64,000 bases of DNA. Source: Yuukianura sp. NJ FZ-2021 (lineage: Eukaryota). The stretch is taken from the NCBI GenBank assembly GCA_046563655.1, contig CM102290.1, positions 248,001-312,000 of the forward strand, given 5' to 3'. The stretch's first letter is position 1. Every line of letters begins with the position of its first letter. Below, piece by piece: positions 14,601-27,400 of this stretch. A model generated the notes under the pieces. It was not told where the DNA came from, made no database searches, and worked only from the letters and a program-made list of their open reading frames with translations. The translations under genes were made by a program, and so were the position numbers.

Positions 14601-15312
14601 GTGAACACTTTCTTGACAAATCGACTTTTTTTGACAGGTCATATAACCGTCAGCTCCGGATTTCAGTTTTTTGGAAAAAAAAAACCTACTTTTTTGAAAA
14701 AAATGAATACCTGGTGACTTTAGTCTAAAAAATGTGATGCGTTATGAATATTTTGGAAGCCATTCCTCTCCATTTGTTCCCCTCGAGAGACAAGTCCTTA
14801 CTTTTGCAAATTTCGTTTCTCCGCTGGCAAATTTGAGCTTTTCAAAACCGTCCCGCCCTATTTTGAAATTTCACATTTCGTGTTTTTTTTTTTTAAAAAA
14901 AAAAGAGTATCTCGTTGGAGCAGGCAAAAGGGCTGAGCGGGAGAAAGTCATAATTCATAAGGTTCATAAAAAATGGAAGATGAGCGCAACAGGGAAAAAG
15001 AAGAGAGACGCGGAGCAGATTAAGATGGTTTGGTTTGAGGGGAAATTTTTGGCGGGAAAAAGTATGAGAAGGAATCAGAGCTCATTTTTTTTCTTCCTAA
15101 ATGCGACAGGACACAAATTTATCGTAGGAAGAACGCAGAGAAAGCGGTGAACAGGTTCAAAAAATCGGAGCTAAAATTCTATTTTGTTACTGTGGACAGA
15201 TAGGAATAATAAATGCCGGGGTTTTTGAATGGCCAAAACTTGTGACCACTGAAATTCAGAAATGTTAAACTGAAAAGTTTGAATAATGGTGCCATTTTTT
15301 TGGTTTTTGCAG

Positions 15313-15463
15313 AGTATCTCATGTCTTCACCATATCAACCCAAGTCACCACTGCCCATTGGTACATCACTTGCCACGGCCAAAAAGTTATTCCAAAGTGA
15401 CAATCTTCAAAATGAAACGGCGGACTCAAACAGCACCTTGAGCACCTTACCCAGTCAAGCAAG
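15313..15463 (+). CDS. Ten-a: Teneurin-a intracellular-domain exon
   Basis: Acceptor ttttgcag and donor AAG|gtaaga. Encodes [39 protein letters not shown], resembling the Ten-a intracellular P.P.GT.LA.A.KL.QSD.LQNET.DS segment. Its phase-2 end joins the 25080 exon in frame. Confidence 0.8.
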
Positions 15464-18400
15464 GTAAGAGAAAAAAATGCGTTTTTAAAAATTTCAAAAA
15501 AAAAATATCCCTTTCATATTCCCGTATTTTGACCGGCTAAAAGGTTTCTTGTCCTTTCAACCGGCTGAAACGTTTTGGCCGCCGATATTTTTCTACTTTT
15601 CTTGTACAAGCGTCTAAGCAAACACACACTTTCCTGAATTTTCGTACTTCAAATGTTTGTGCCAATTTCGTCCGGCTGAAACGTTCTTGCCGGCTATGGG
15701 TTTCTTCTTCACGCTTCAAGGAGACAGTTCCCTAAATTATTGCACTTATAATTTTTGTTGACTTTGTCCGGCTGAAACGTTTTGGCCGCCGATATTTTGG
15801 ATACTTGTTATTGAAACGGTATTTTATTGAAGAAGTGTCAAAGCAAACCGTCGAAACGAGATAAGCGAGTCAAGTTCAAAAAGAATTTTTTTGAATGGCA
15901 CTTTTAGTACTCACACTTTAAGCGCGGCTGAAATGGATGTGTTTCAGCCTCCATTTTTTTTGGTGGTGAATAGTTTCAACAGTCTTTATCGCATATCGTA
16001 TTGTGTCGGCTGTGCCTATTATGTACAGGGTTGCTCAAAAGTTTAAATCTGTAGAGCCAGGCAATAGTGGCTTAAGGGAGGGAAGGGAAAACAAAAGCGC
16101 GGAAATTTTGAATGTGATTGTTAGGAGTGGACGTGTCGTAAATGGGTACGACGGGACTTGATGACTCCATCTTGCTCAATCTAAAAACCTAGCGCAGAGA
16201 ACGAACATTACTGTAGAGAGAGATCGACTGTGGAGAGGCGATAAGTTGTGTCGTAACGATCCAGAGAGAGCGGGAAATTCTGTGTAGCTGAATAAGATCA
16301 CATTTGCGATAAGTGGAAAGTGAAAGTGTTGATGTCCGCCGACTTTCATAATGGAACCAAAACCTAACCTAAAGTTAGCCTAACTTGAGAGAACTCTGAG
16401 GTTCTGTCTGATTCTTCCGAGGAAAAGTGAAGCCTCTTTTTAATAATTTGTAGAAACGGAGAAAGTTTTAGGTTTGCGTGACTTATGAGTAGATAAGAAA
16501 GCCTGCCGAGTTTCAAATTACATGTGTTATGAAAGGCGGTAAGCTTGAAATATTGGTTAACTACTCACTGTACAACACCATTTCACTCCTCTGTTGGAAT
16601 CAAGGCGGGCAAAACCGCCAAGATTTGAATTGGTTGGAGAAATTACTTGGGAGGGAAAGTAAAACAAATTGTGGAGAGCTTAGAGAACCACTTTCTGAAT
16701 GGTTTCTCATGCTCAAGGTTTTCTGGTGGGATTTGGTGAAAACAAAATTCAAAATTAGAAGTGTGAATCAAAGAGCGCGCCATTTTCAAACCGTGCCTTA
16801 GCATGAGCATGTCGTCTTTAGTTTTTAGTGGAGCGGAAGAGAAAGCTGAGCCTGAGGGGTTTGGGCCCATTTTCCAATGATGGCACAACTCCTTGTGTAA
16901 ACAGACGGAAAGAGAGAGTGGAACGAAGTTTTGAAAGCTTTTTTTTTGGAAATGCTGTTCAAAAACGAGACGACTTTATTTGAACAGGATCCTTGAGCCT
17001 TCCCGCCACAAACTTTGAATTTGTAACTGCTCCTTGCTTAACTTAAAAAATATCCCACTTTTTTTTTCGAAGTTTGTCGCTCGTTTTAGTCAAAAAATGT
17101 CACTGAACCATTTCGCATTTTAGGGAGTTGTGTAAGACGCGCCTAAAGCGCGTAGTTTAGTGTACTGTAAGAAGTACCAAAAGAACTTTTGGCGCGTGAT
17201 TTGAATTGGCACTGACCTGGAAATGACCCCAATTTTGTCCAATGATTTAACTTTTGTGTCTAGAGATTTCCTTAACATGGTGAAAAGGTTTTTCATTTGG
17301 ACCAACATTTTTTCTAGTTAGTCATGTTTTTAATTAAACTTTTGGCTGTGTAAAAAGGCTCAATTCCACTAGGAATGCCAGAAATTCTTACATAGTTGGG
17401 CAAATTCTTTTCAAAAAGACGCCCGCTCTTGGGATGTTCTAATTTTGTTAAAAGAGACGCCATTTAACACAGGACGATCCACAACGAAAATTAGGCTCAT
17501 GGACATAGCTGGGCATCCCTGCGGGAAAAAAGTCGCTAAATTTTTTTTTTGAAAAAGCAAAAGTTCAAGCGGGTTCAGTTGGTCAACGACTGTGAATTTT
17601 CTTCTTCTGTCTCATTTTGCCCCAAATCTTGTGAAGTTTTTTCATTTTGTCGAAAATCTTCTGTTTCCCAGTTTGTCTCATGTTGCCCCAGATCTGAAGT
17701 TTAGTTTGTCTCATTTTGCCCCAAATCTTCTCAAGTTTCTCAATTCTCAAGGCTGAGAAGAGACCACGTGATGCGGAAATTGGACTGAACAAGGGTGGTT
17801 CAAAATTGGACACACTTTGAGTATTTTCCAGTTGCGAATATTTAGGAGAGCACAGTGTGCCATACTGATCAGGAGGAGAAAGTTGTACGTTTGGGGGTGG
17901 CGGGGGGACTTTGAGGGGGGGCAATGGACCCTTAGGGACAAAAGTGGAATTGTTCAAGAGTACTTTGGGCAAAATACTTGTCTTTTTGGAGAAGGGAGTA
18001 CTTTGGAGCAGAGTAAGTTTTAAAGGGAAGAACGTAATGGTTCTGAGAACGACACAAGCGAAGGGATCTACTTTCTCCCAAGGACTTTTCTCCAGCGCCA
18101 TTATTTCAAATTATCCCGCTCAAGAAATTGAGAACAAACCGATTGGTGTTTGTGTGGAAAGTTCAATTGAGCGACTGAGAGAGAACAAGGAACAAGAATT
18201 CAGTGAGACAAAACCACAATTACAGCCAGAATTGAACTTGTAGTACGAGATAAATTCCAAAGAAAAATTCGCTTGCTGTTTTTTTTCTTGTAGTTTGGAT
18301 AAGGTCAAGAGGTCAAAGTAAGATCTGAGGTGACACTGGTGAGATTTTTGTTAGTTCTGTGCAACTCTCAAAATTTCCTGCGGCTTACAAAAAAAAAGGT

Positions 18401-21400
18401 TAATGAGGGCAGAGGTGAGGGCGGCGGAGAAAGTTTTTTTTTTGAATTTGAGCTGGGAAATCTCGTTTTCGAGCTGGAGATGCTTCGTTTTCCGGAGTTT
18501 TTGAAGGTTTTGAGCTCGGAGGCGCGTTTTCTGCAGTTTTAGAGCACGGAAAAGGCGCGTTTTCTTTTCTCTTTTTAAAAAGTGGTGCTGTTTCCATTTG
18601 GTCGTTGGTCGTGTGTGTATATTTTATGAGTCCTGGGAGAGAAGTCATATTGAGGAGGGTGGAGAAAGTCGTTTCTGGAAATGATGTCAATGGGAGAAAG
18701 TGGAAGTGAATAAAGTGAAACTTACTTTCTCCATCCACACACCATTTCCATTGGAAGTCTTTGGACGCAGGCTCCTTTTGACTCAATTTATGAAATAGAC
18801 AGATAAAGGCGAAATACACTCCACACATACTACTTTCTTTTGCTTCTACAATTTCCAAGAAAGTGTCCTCCTCCAACCTTAGTATCTAAAACACAATTCA
18901 ACATTTCCCTTCACTTTTCAAACTTCCAAAGAACCCCTACATTATTAATCCACTTTCACTTTCCACTGCTCCCAACTAAAAACTATCACTACACTTTCCA
19001 TTCCTCAACATAGATTCTAACTGCCAACTTCACCTCATTAATTTCCTCAGCTTTTCTCTAACCTAATCTAAAGAGAGAGAAAAAAGACATAACAAACCTA
19101 ATCTAGACGCATGCAACCCTAGATAAGCCCTCGGGGCGTTTCTGGTTAGTATATAATTTGGCATGTGGTGCCATTCTGCGAAGTGTGCTGGCATTTTTAG
19201 ATTTGTGCTAACTTTCACTCTTTTGCTCAAAAATCCAATTTTTAGTTTGAAAAGTAAAAAAAAATAGCACTGAGAGAAAGCACGACAAGAAAGTTCGGTT
19301 TTTCCCGGATCAGAGAAAGCACCAGCAGAAAGTTCGTTTTTTTTTATTTCGTTTTTTTAGGAAACGTTTATTAGATAAATCAGACCATTGTTGTTTTTGT
19401 TCTAAAAGAGAAAAAGAGGGGCGTTTGAAGCGTTTTACTATTCTGGTTCTGAGATGGGTGGGGAAAGTCGTGAGTGTTTCAGTGCAGTAGAGAGTCTAAT
19501 GGAATATTTATGGAGTTGACACAGAGGAGACTCCGGAAGCAGCACAAATTTACATTTGATGCCTCAAGACGTGAATTAGCCTCTCCCGCTCCCTTGGTCC
19601 AAGGCCCATGAACTATGCATTTATATGCATTGGGACCCTGTGAGTTTCTCAGCGGAAGGAAAACACAACTTCAATTGTCTCCAAATTCAAACTTTCCCTC
19701 TTCTTTTTACGTTACGCTAAGAAAACTATGCTTTCTCTTTCTTAAGTTATGCAGGTTAGGGTAGGAAAAGAAAGTGGGAGAAGCCTAACTTTCAAAAGTT
19801 GAAACTCAAGTTCAAAATGTGGGTCAGCGAGGTCATGTCCTAAAGTCTAACAATGTAATTGGACCACCGAATGTTAAATGCAAAGTTTCTCCTGAACCGG
19901 CTCGTTTTTGGACCAGTTTGGCCCTCATGGTCTCAAACAAGAGCAATTACAATTAACGACACAAAAACTTAAAGTTTTGGGAGTGAAAGCGGGAGCAGGA
20001 GGATGAGAAAATTAGATTGAAGATTTAGAACAAGTCTGGAATTAGAACATTAAACATTCATTTCCTGTTGCCTCTGTTCAAACACTTTCTTTTTAGAACA
20101 AGGGAAACGAAGAGCCTTTTCCTGGACAGACGAAATGAAACTCTTTTCTTTTCGCTTTTCCTGACTTGAAAATTTTAGCAGGTTGGAGGAATTTTGCAAC
20201 TTATTAGGCATAAAAACGTAAAAGTGGATTAAGTTTAGCTTCCGCTTCAAATTCCCGCTCAAAGTTCGTTCACTTTGGCCAAAAGTAATTCAACCTGTTT
20301 TTACATTTGGAGAAAGTCCTAAAATTTCACACAAAGTAATCTTTTCAGAGAAAAAGACACAAGTTTTTAAAATTTCAAAAATTGCAATTTTTTTTTGGAT
20401 CATGGGCTGATGGTTTGAAATTTTGATCTAAAATCTTGAATGACCGACCATGGGCGGACCTCTGATCCAAAACTTTGTTTAATGAAATAAGGAGATTCGG
20501 ATTTTGAAAATTCTTGAAAAATTTACTCTTTTGTTTTAAAGAATGGGCCGAGGTTTCAAATTTTGACACAAAATCTAGATCCAAAATTTTCTTTTACGAA
20601 ATGAGGGGTTTCGGAATTTGAAAATTCTTCAAAATTTTGTACCATTGGGGACTTTTAACAGAAAATTTTTTCTAGACGAGAGCATGGGGGGGGGGGCGGA
20701 GAAATGATCATGGGGGGACTTCCGTAGCAAATATCCACCGAATTGAGATGAGCATGAGGAGACTTTTGAGTCGAAATTTTCTTTCTTGAGAGGATGATGA
20801 GGTTGGGTAGAGGGATAACTTTTTGAAAGAAAATTTTGTTCATGGAGGGATTTTGGTTGCAAAAAGTTCTACTTTGGGTGGAATGATGTCGAGAAAAGTC
20901 CAAAGGGAAAGTGTGTTTCCTTGACTGCAGTGGAGAGAGAGGGGGAGAGAAACCTAATTAGTTTCACTAGTCGTAGGAGGCAGAGGATTCTGGACTAAAT
21001 TTTATGAGGCGTATCTCTTTCCCAGTGGAAAAAAGAGCTGGAAAAGGTTTGAACTGGAAAAGCGACATGACTCTTGACGCTTCTTCTTCTTCTGAGCGTC
21101 TTTAAATTATCATAAAATCAAGTTAGACGGAAGGAGAGAGACTCTCGTTTGTCGAGATTAAGTTTGATCTCTGTCGCAAGATTAAACGTCCAAGTTCTAA
21201 ACCCCTAGTCTAATGAGACGACGGATTTTGAAAGTGTCGCATGCGCAGAGAACAAGGACAACCAGATGCAAAAGTCTGTTTTTGTAGACGGAAAGCCAAG
21301 AATAGCACACAGAAATGGATTATGAGTGGAAATAATTATGTTGATCCAAGGAAGTCTTCAATCATATGCTTTCAAAAAATTTTAAATAGCGTCTGCCCTG

Positions 21401-24400
21401 CAGAACCATTTTTTTTTGTTTTCAAATCTTTCGCGACCGAACTTTTTAAAAAAAGTTATGCTTTTTTTTTGTACTTTTGGCTTTTGAGATGATGAGACCG
21501 TTGAAAGTCAACTGACGGGAACGAAGCTCAACTTGTTTTTCTAAACAAGCTCACTTTCGTTCTTTTTTTGTTCGTTTTTTTGAAAACACGACTTGTGCGT
21601 GTACTTTAACTGCCGGAAATGTGTGTACTTACAAGTTATGAGAGTTGTAAGAAAACAGAAGCGGGACTTTGAACAATTTTCAAAAAAGAGAGGAAAAACG
21701 ACTATTTTTTGAACGCAATGTTGAAAAAGAGGCATCTGCGCTCTGCTGTTTTCGAAATTTGGAATTTTGAGAATTAAAATAGACTTGAAACATGAAGTGT
21801 TTCTGTGTAGAAATATTAGTTTTTGTGGGATTTTGGAGAAAATTTGAAAAGTTTTCCCGTACTTTCACCTGTAGCTCCATAACTCATCATTTTTCATTTG
21901 AGTGAGCGCGGAGCGGCGGGAATTTTTGAAAATTAAGAACTCAGGGGAGAGCTGCCAGAGTTCTTTAGAATGACTAATTGAGAACCAGCGAGAAAGTAGA
22001 GATGAGGATGAAACCGTGCCCAAATTTGGACCAAATTTTGAGATTAAACTTTCTCTTCCTTTGGTAATTTAATAAATTTCCAAATTTCAAAATTTGGAAG
22101 GCCGCTCTTTCGTTTCGCATGGGTTTTGGGTTAAGTTGTAAAAGGTATGAGTTTCAAAGGTTAATTGAATGAGGAAAGGGCGGGTATAAATGGATCTAAT
22201 TTGGTTCTGGGTTAATCCTATACTTCATAAAAGAGAGCCTGGGTTATGGCTCTCCACGTTCTACTCTCATCACCAATTCTGCCTAAAAGTGGAGCTCAAC
22301 TTTCTCGTTTTGGAGGGAAAACTACACTTTCATAATTCAAGTCCATAAACACGCATTTCATGGAATTGGACTTTTAGGATTATGTTTTCCACTGGGTTCC
22401 AAAAACAGAAATATTCCTAAATTTAACTTTCCCGCTTTTTCCCTTTTGGAAAAAAGGGAAAGTAATACGAACAAAGTGAAATTTTATGTGAGAATGAATG
22501 AATTGAAGGAGTTTTTGGCTAATTAAACAACAAAAAGGGGAAAAAGAGAGTGAAAGTGGTGCTGTTTGAACTTTTTGAAAATCAAAGAGTGACTGACACT
22601 TTTGAAAAGTGGCGGGTTTTGGGTTGATTAAAATAAGTGTTAAGTTGGTCACTTCTGATCTCTCAAAAGCCTCTTTGATCTGAAATTGGCTGGCTGTAGG
22701 TATAAAACAGGAAATTAGAAATTTTTGGTGTTCGCGGGTGGTTTACTGTTGCTAATGAAGCTCCCATTTCAAAACTTCACAACATTTCGGAACAATTTTG
22801 AAAGTAGGCTAATGATGGTTTATTGTTTACACACTTTGGCACTAATAATTCTATTCCTGGACTGTAACCTACATCAAGCTATGCTCAAGAACTTACACCC
22901 AGTGTTTACTTTAGTTACAGGTTCTGGTGTTCTTTGGAAAAATTGTGAGTTTTGAAAATGTTTGGAAATGGCGCTACAGGTAGCACGGTTCCTAATTTGG
23001 TCAAGGAAATTTGACACGGTTTTGCAAGGGGAGTTGTGTAATGACTGGGTTCTGTTTTCCGTGCAACTAAGACGTAGTCATTACAGGGTTCGCGGAATTC
23101 GCGGTTTCCGTTTACCGTAAATTTCCAAGGAAAAAGTAATGACCCCGGCACTTATTTGGACAAATTGAGACACGAAATACCACAAACGCAATTTTTCGCA
23201 AGAAATCAAATATAAAAAATTTAGAAAAAAAAATAAATAAATCGAACTTTTTTTCTTTTTTTTTTTCAATTTTTTTCTGGCTTGTTCTGATTTGGATTGA
23301 TTGACATGAAAGGATTTTTATGGTGAGGTCGTAATGCCTTGTCAGTCGGACACAGAGACTCCTACTGCGCAAAACTCTTCTGCTTCAGAAGAGTTTTGTG
23401 CCGTCGTTGCCCATCTCTGCTCCACTAAAAATTGTAATGAGCGATGGCCTTAACACAACTTTTCCATAAAAACTGGTGTGTATTCTTTGCTAAAGTTGGA
23501 ACTTTCATTTACGACTCCAAAAAAGACATAAAGTAAGTTGGGTTGAGAAGTCGTAAAATCAGGCGAATAAATATTAATATCAATGGAAAGTGGATGATGC
23601 CCAGCTGAGAACAGTCAACTGGGTGCACAATGTGCCCAACTCTGTCTGTTGTCTCCTATTACGACCACTTCCAAAGAAAATTAATTGACTCTTTTTTTTT
23701 AAAAAATTGTTTTTTGTTTATACGCCAAAAAAATACTGTTTACGGTTTCCAAGTGTTGGGAGTGTAATAAAAGGCACAAAAAAAGTCATTTCCATACAGA
23801 GGGCGCCCATTTCAAAATAGAACCCTGCGCCTCCCGGGAATTTTTTTGAAATTACGAAACTGACAGTTTTGTAATTTCAAAATTGAGAGGAAAGGAAGCG
23901 GAAGAAAGGATGAAAGCTGTTTTGACATGTCTCTATTTTCTCCTGGGTGCGGCAACTGCATAACTCTGTTTTGATAGAATTGATGTGATTAGGTGGCAAA
24001 AACGTTTTTTTTTTGCGGGAAATTCGTTTTTTGTGCCGCTTTTGTTTTTTTCCCGCTCTTCAAGATTTGAAAAGATCAAGAGCCCAAAGGGTTGACAAAG
24101 ACTAGATCACCTTTTATTCTTTTCCTGGAACCGTGTTGCTTTCTTGACTTCTATCGCTCCAAACCAGTAATAAGAACAAAAAAAGTTGACAGGGGGTGGA
24201 ATCGATGCCGCGGAAGACGAAAAAGAGAAATATGAAGTGGATTGAGAGCAACTTTTTGGAAAAAGTTGAATTGACGGAGTCTCCTTAATACGTTTACTCA
24301 ACTCCCCAATGACAAACCACCCCCTCAGAAAAGAAACCTAATTTTCTGCTGTTCTGCTGCTGGTCTCCAAAAAGAAACTTTCATAAAAACGTTACCATTG

Positions 24401-27400
24401 GGACACACGAAAGTTTGGACAAACTTTTTGGCGAGCACAACTCAAAACCGCAAAAGTTTTTCGGCCTTTTCTCTCTTCCTTTTCATCCAGAGTCACAAAG
24501 ACAAAGACAATGACGGCGGAAGTGGACTCGGGATGACAGGAACGTTAAACCATCAAATGGCGCGATTCTATTTAAAAAAAACTTAACCCGCTTCTTTTCT
24601 TTTTTAAAAAAGTTTTCTTTTTCTTGAAAAGTGCACTTGGCTTGTTTGTTTTTAAGTGACAGTAATTGGATTTTGAAATCTTGATTTTGTTTAAAATTGG
24701 AGAAAATTATGTCACGACTGTCATTTTTCCGAAATTTGTAAAAGTGGACCAAAACTTTTGAAATTTGGACCATTTTTGGTGGAAGAAATGGTTAAGATGT
24801 TATTATTGACATGACCTCGTTGGTGTTTCTGTTGACGTTGTGTGACCTCTTTGATGGAACACCCTCTTCAGTTTCCTTCTCAAATCTCTCCAAGTCCTTC
24901 TGTCTGCTTCTTGTCAAAGAAATGTTCAAAGGGAAAGTTCTCTTTGAAAGACACGACACTTCCCTCCCCACACAGTTGACGTCCTCATCAAAGCAAGCCT
25001 TCCGCTTCACTGCTCATTAAGCCCAAACACTCCCTGCACAGGTCAAAGGTCAACACTTTAATTTGTTTTGTGTTTGCAGGCTCATCGGAGCAGGGCCGCT
25101 GGGGAACAACGGAATGCTGAGCGGCATGCCGTCTGCCCCCGTCATTCTGCCGGTCTTCCCCAGCAGTACTCCGCACCCAGGTCAATTGGGGGGTGGGGGG
25201 AACGGGCTGGGGGCGGGGGGTCGCTCCCTCCCCAGAAACCACTACTCACCAGCCAGATTTACGCTGCAGAAGGACTGTCGTGTGTCAGACAGATGCTCAT
25301 GGAAGTGCATCTCTGTCGCCCTCATCCTCCTCTGTGTCGCTCTCATCTCCATCTTGATCTACTTTGCAGGTAACTACATCTTTGTCCAATTTTATAATCT
25401 ATTTTTTGTCCATTTATAGCAATTTTGTATAATTTGTGGCACTTTTGTTGTATTTTTATATCACTTTTTTGAGATTTTTGATGAATTTTTAGCACTTTTT
25501 TTTTTTGAATTTTTTGTTGCATTTATAGCATTTTAAATTTTCTTTTTCTTTTTTCTTTTTTTTTTTCTCTTTCTTTTTCTTTTTCTTTTTTTTTTTTTTT
25601 TTGTATTTTCGAGCATTTTTTTAAAATTTTGGTTGAATTTTTAGCACTCTATTGAAATTTTTGTTGAGTTTTTAGTACTTTTTCGAATGTTATAGTCGAT
25701 TTTAAGTAGTTTTTGGTGAAGATGAAGGTTTGGAGACTACAAGAATTTATAGACGTTCTTCTTGTGAATCTTTTGTGCTGAAAAGGAATAGTTTGGTTTG
25801 TAGTTTGTAACAAGATTGGCAAAATCAGAGAAACGCACGATGGAATTTGGGGAATTCGACACATGCAAAATCGATTGTGATTGAATTCTCGCGGGGTTTC
25901 TTGTAAAAAGAGGAAAGGAATGTTCCCAATAATGGTTGTGTACAAGTCTTTTCCTCTCAGTTGGAAAGTAACAACTTTTGGTTTTGGCGGTTTTATTGAA
26001 AAACTGGGTCGACTGTAAGTCTCCTTCCACTTTTCAAAAATTGATATAATGCTTCTCAATATGATTCAAATTTTCCAACCACTTCTTTTGTAGGAGCGCT
26101 GAGGTTGAAACAAATTTCATAATTTTGAAAATCCTATAGAAAATGTGAAAGAACACTTCAAATGTCGGCAGTTTTTGGAGTGATGCGATTGATGATGATG
26201 ATGGGAGTTGTGTTGATGATGCCGAAGTTTGAAAGATTCAAAAGTGATAGGGTTTTACGTTCACTGTCGAGCCTTAACGACACACTTTTTACAAAAATCA
26301 AAATTTTGAGCAGAACAAAATGGGTTTTTACTTTGAAAGAATTCCCGCGTTCTTTTTTCTTTGCTTGAAACATGCGTGGTTGGGTGTATGAAGAGGGAAA
26401 GAGATGCTGGTTTGCCAGGGAGAAGTGAAAGTTGCGTGTGCAGAGGGTCCCTTCTGCTTTTTTTGAAGGGTTAGGCGGAAAAGTAATCGTGGGTTAGGCC
26501 AGAGTAAGGTTAGGTTATTAGTTAGGTTATTCCTTGGTGTTTGGTGTCCCTGTGGTGGGGTTAGGAGTACAAATGACTTGGAACTTATGTGACAACCTAA
26601 TTAATTAACTCTACTAAACTTTGGACTCTGGACTTACAGCTCCCTTCACTAACAATTATTTTTACTACGCTTCACTCCAGACTTTCTCCCACACACACAC
26701 AACAACTTTCTCTTCTTTATCCCAGCAATATCCAACCAAAAAGTTAACCGTAACATAATGGTATAGTATAAATTCTAAAGTAAACTAAAATCTAATCTTC
26801 ATGCGCTAGTTTAGCCACCAACATATCTTGCAATAGTTCTTTTTTGCATATTGGGATAGTTGGGTTTGCATTTACATCGCCTTATCTCTTAGTTTTTTAT
26901 GAGTGGTTTGTTTATCCTTTTTATGCGATATTTGTACCTTTTTATCCTGTGAGAAGGTTTTCCATCCTATATTCAGATGGTTGAATTTATTTTCTTATCC
27001 TGCGATACTGTTACTTGCTATCTTGCGATGGTTACGCTTGATAACATTGATACCTTCGCTTCTTATCTCGACGTAGTTTAGCATGTATCTTGACTTGAGT
27101 TAATTAGGTATGATGCTTTTACTTCCTAGTAGCGACAGTTGCGCATTCTTTTCCTAAGTGAGTATTCTTTTGCTATCTAGCGATGTTCAGTCGAACCTTC
27201 TTATCCTGGGGTAGGTTTGCTTCAATCGGGCGATACTTTGATATCGTTATCTTTTCTTATCCTGAGATACTTTATCTTTTGATGGGAGACGGGGGGAAGA
27301 TGGAAGTAGTATTGTGTGTGAGTGACATTTGGTGGTTGTTTGGACTTTGTGGTTCGTCCCTGGGGGGAAGGTGGGAATTAATGAAAGTGAATTTATATTT

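Noticed and set aside
1..15312. Upstream Ten-a coding exons
   Set aside because: No segment combined good splice sites with Ten-a-like peptide; treated as intron, with earlier exons presumably outside the window.
17583..18876. 172-aa and 158-aa minus-strand ORFs
   Set aside because: Low-complexity and partly built from the 33-bp repeat and G/C runs; no family resemblance.
23084..23827. Possible hAT element CAGGGTTC...GAACCCTG
   Set aside because: Only an 8-bp inverted match and no target-site duplication.
26468..26566. TTAGG telomere-like repeats (also near 51, 16361, 28043, 36590)
   Set aside because: Only 2-3 imperfect units per site; insufficient to call an interstitial telomeric array.
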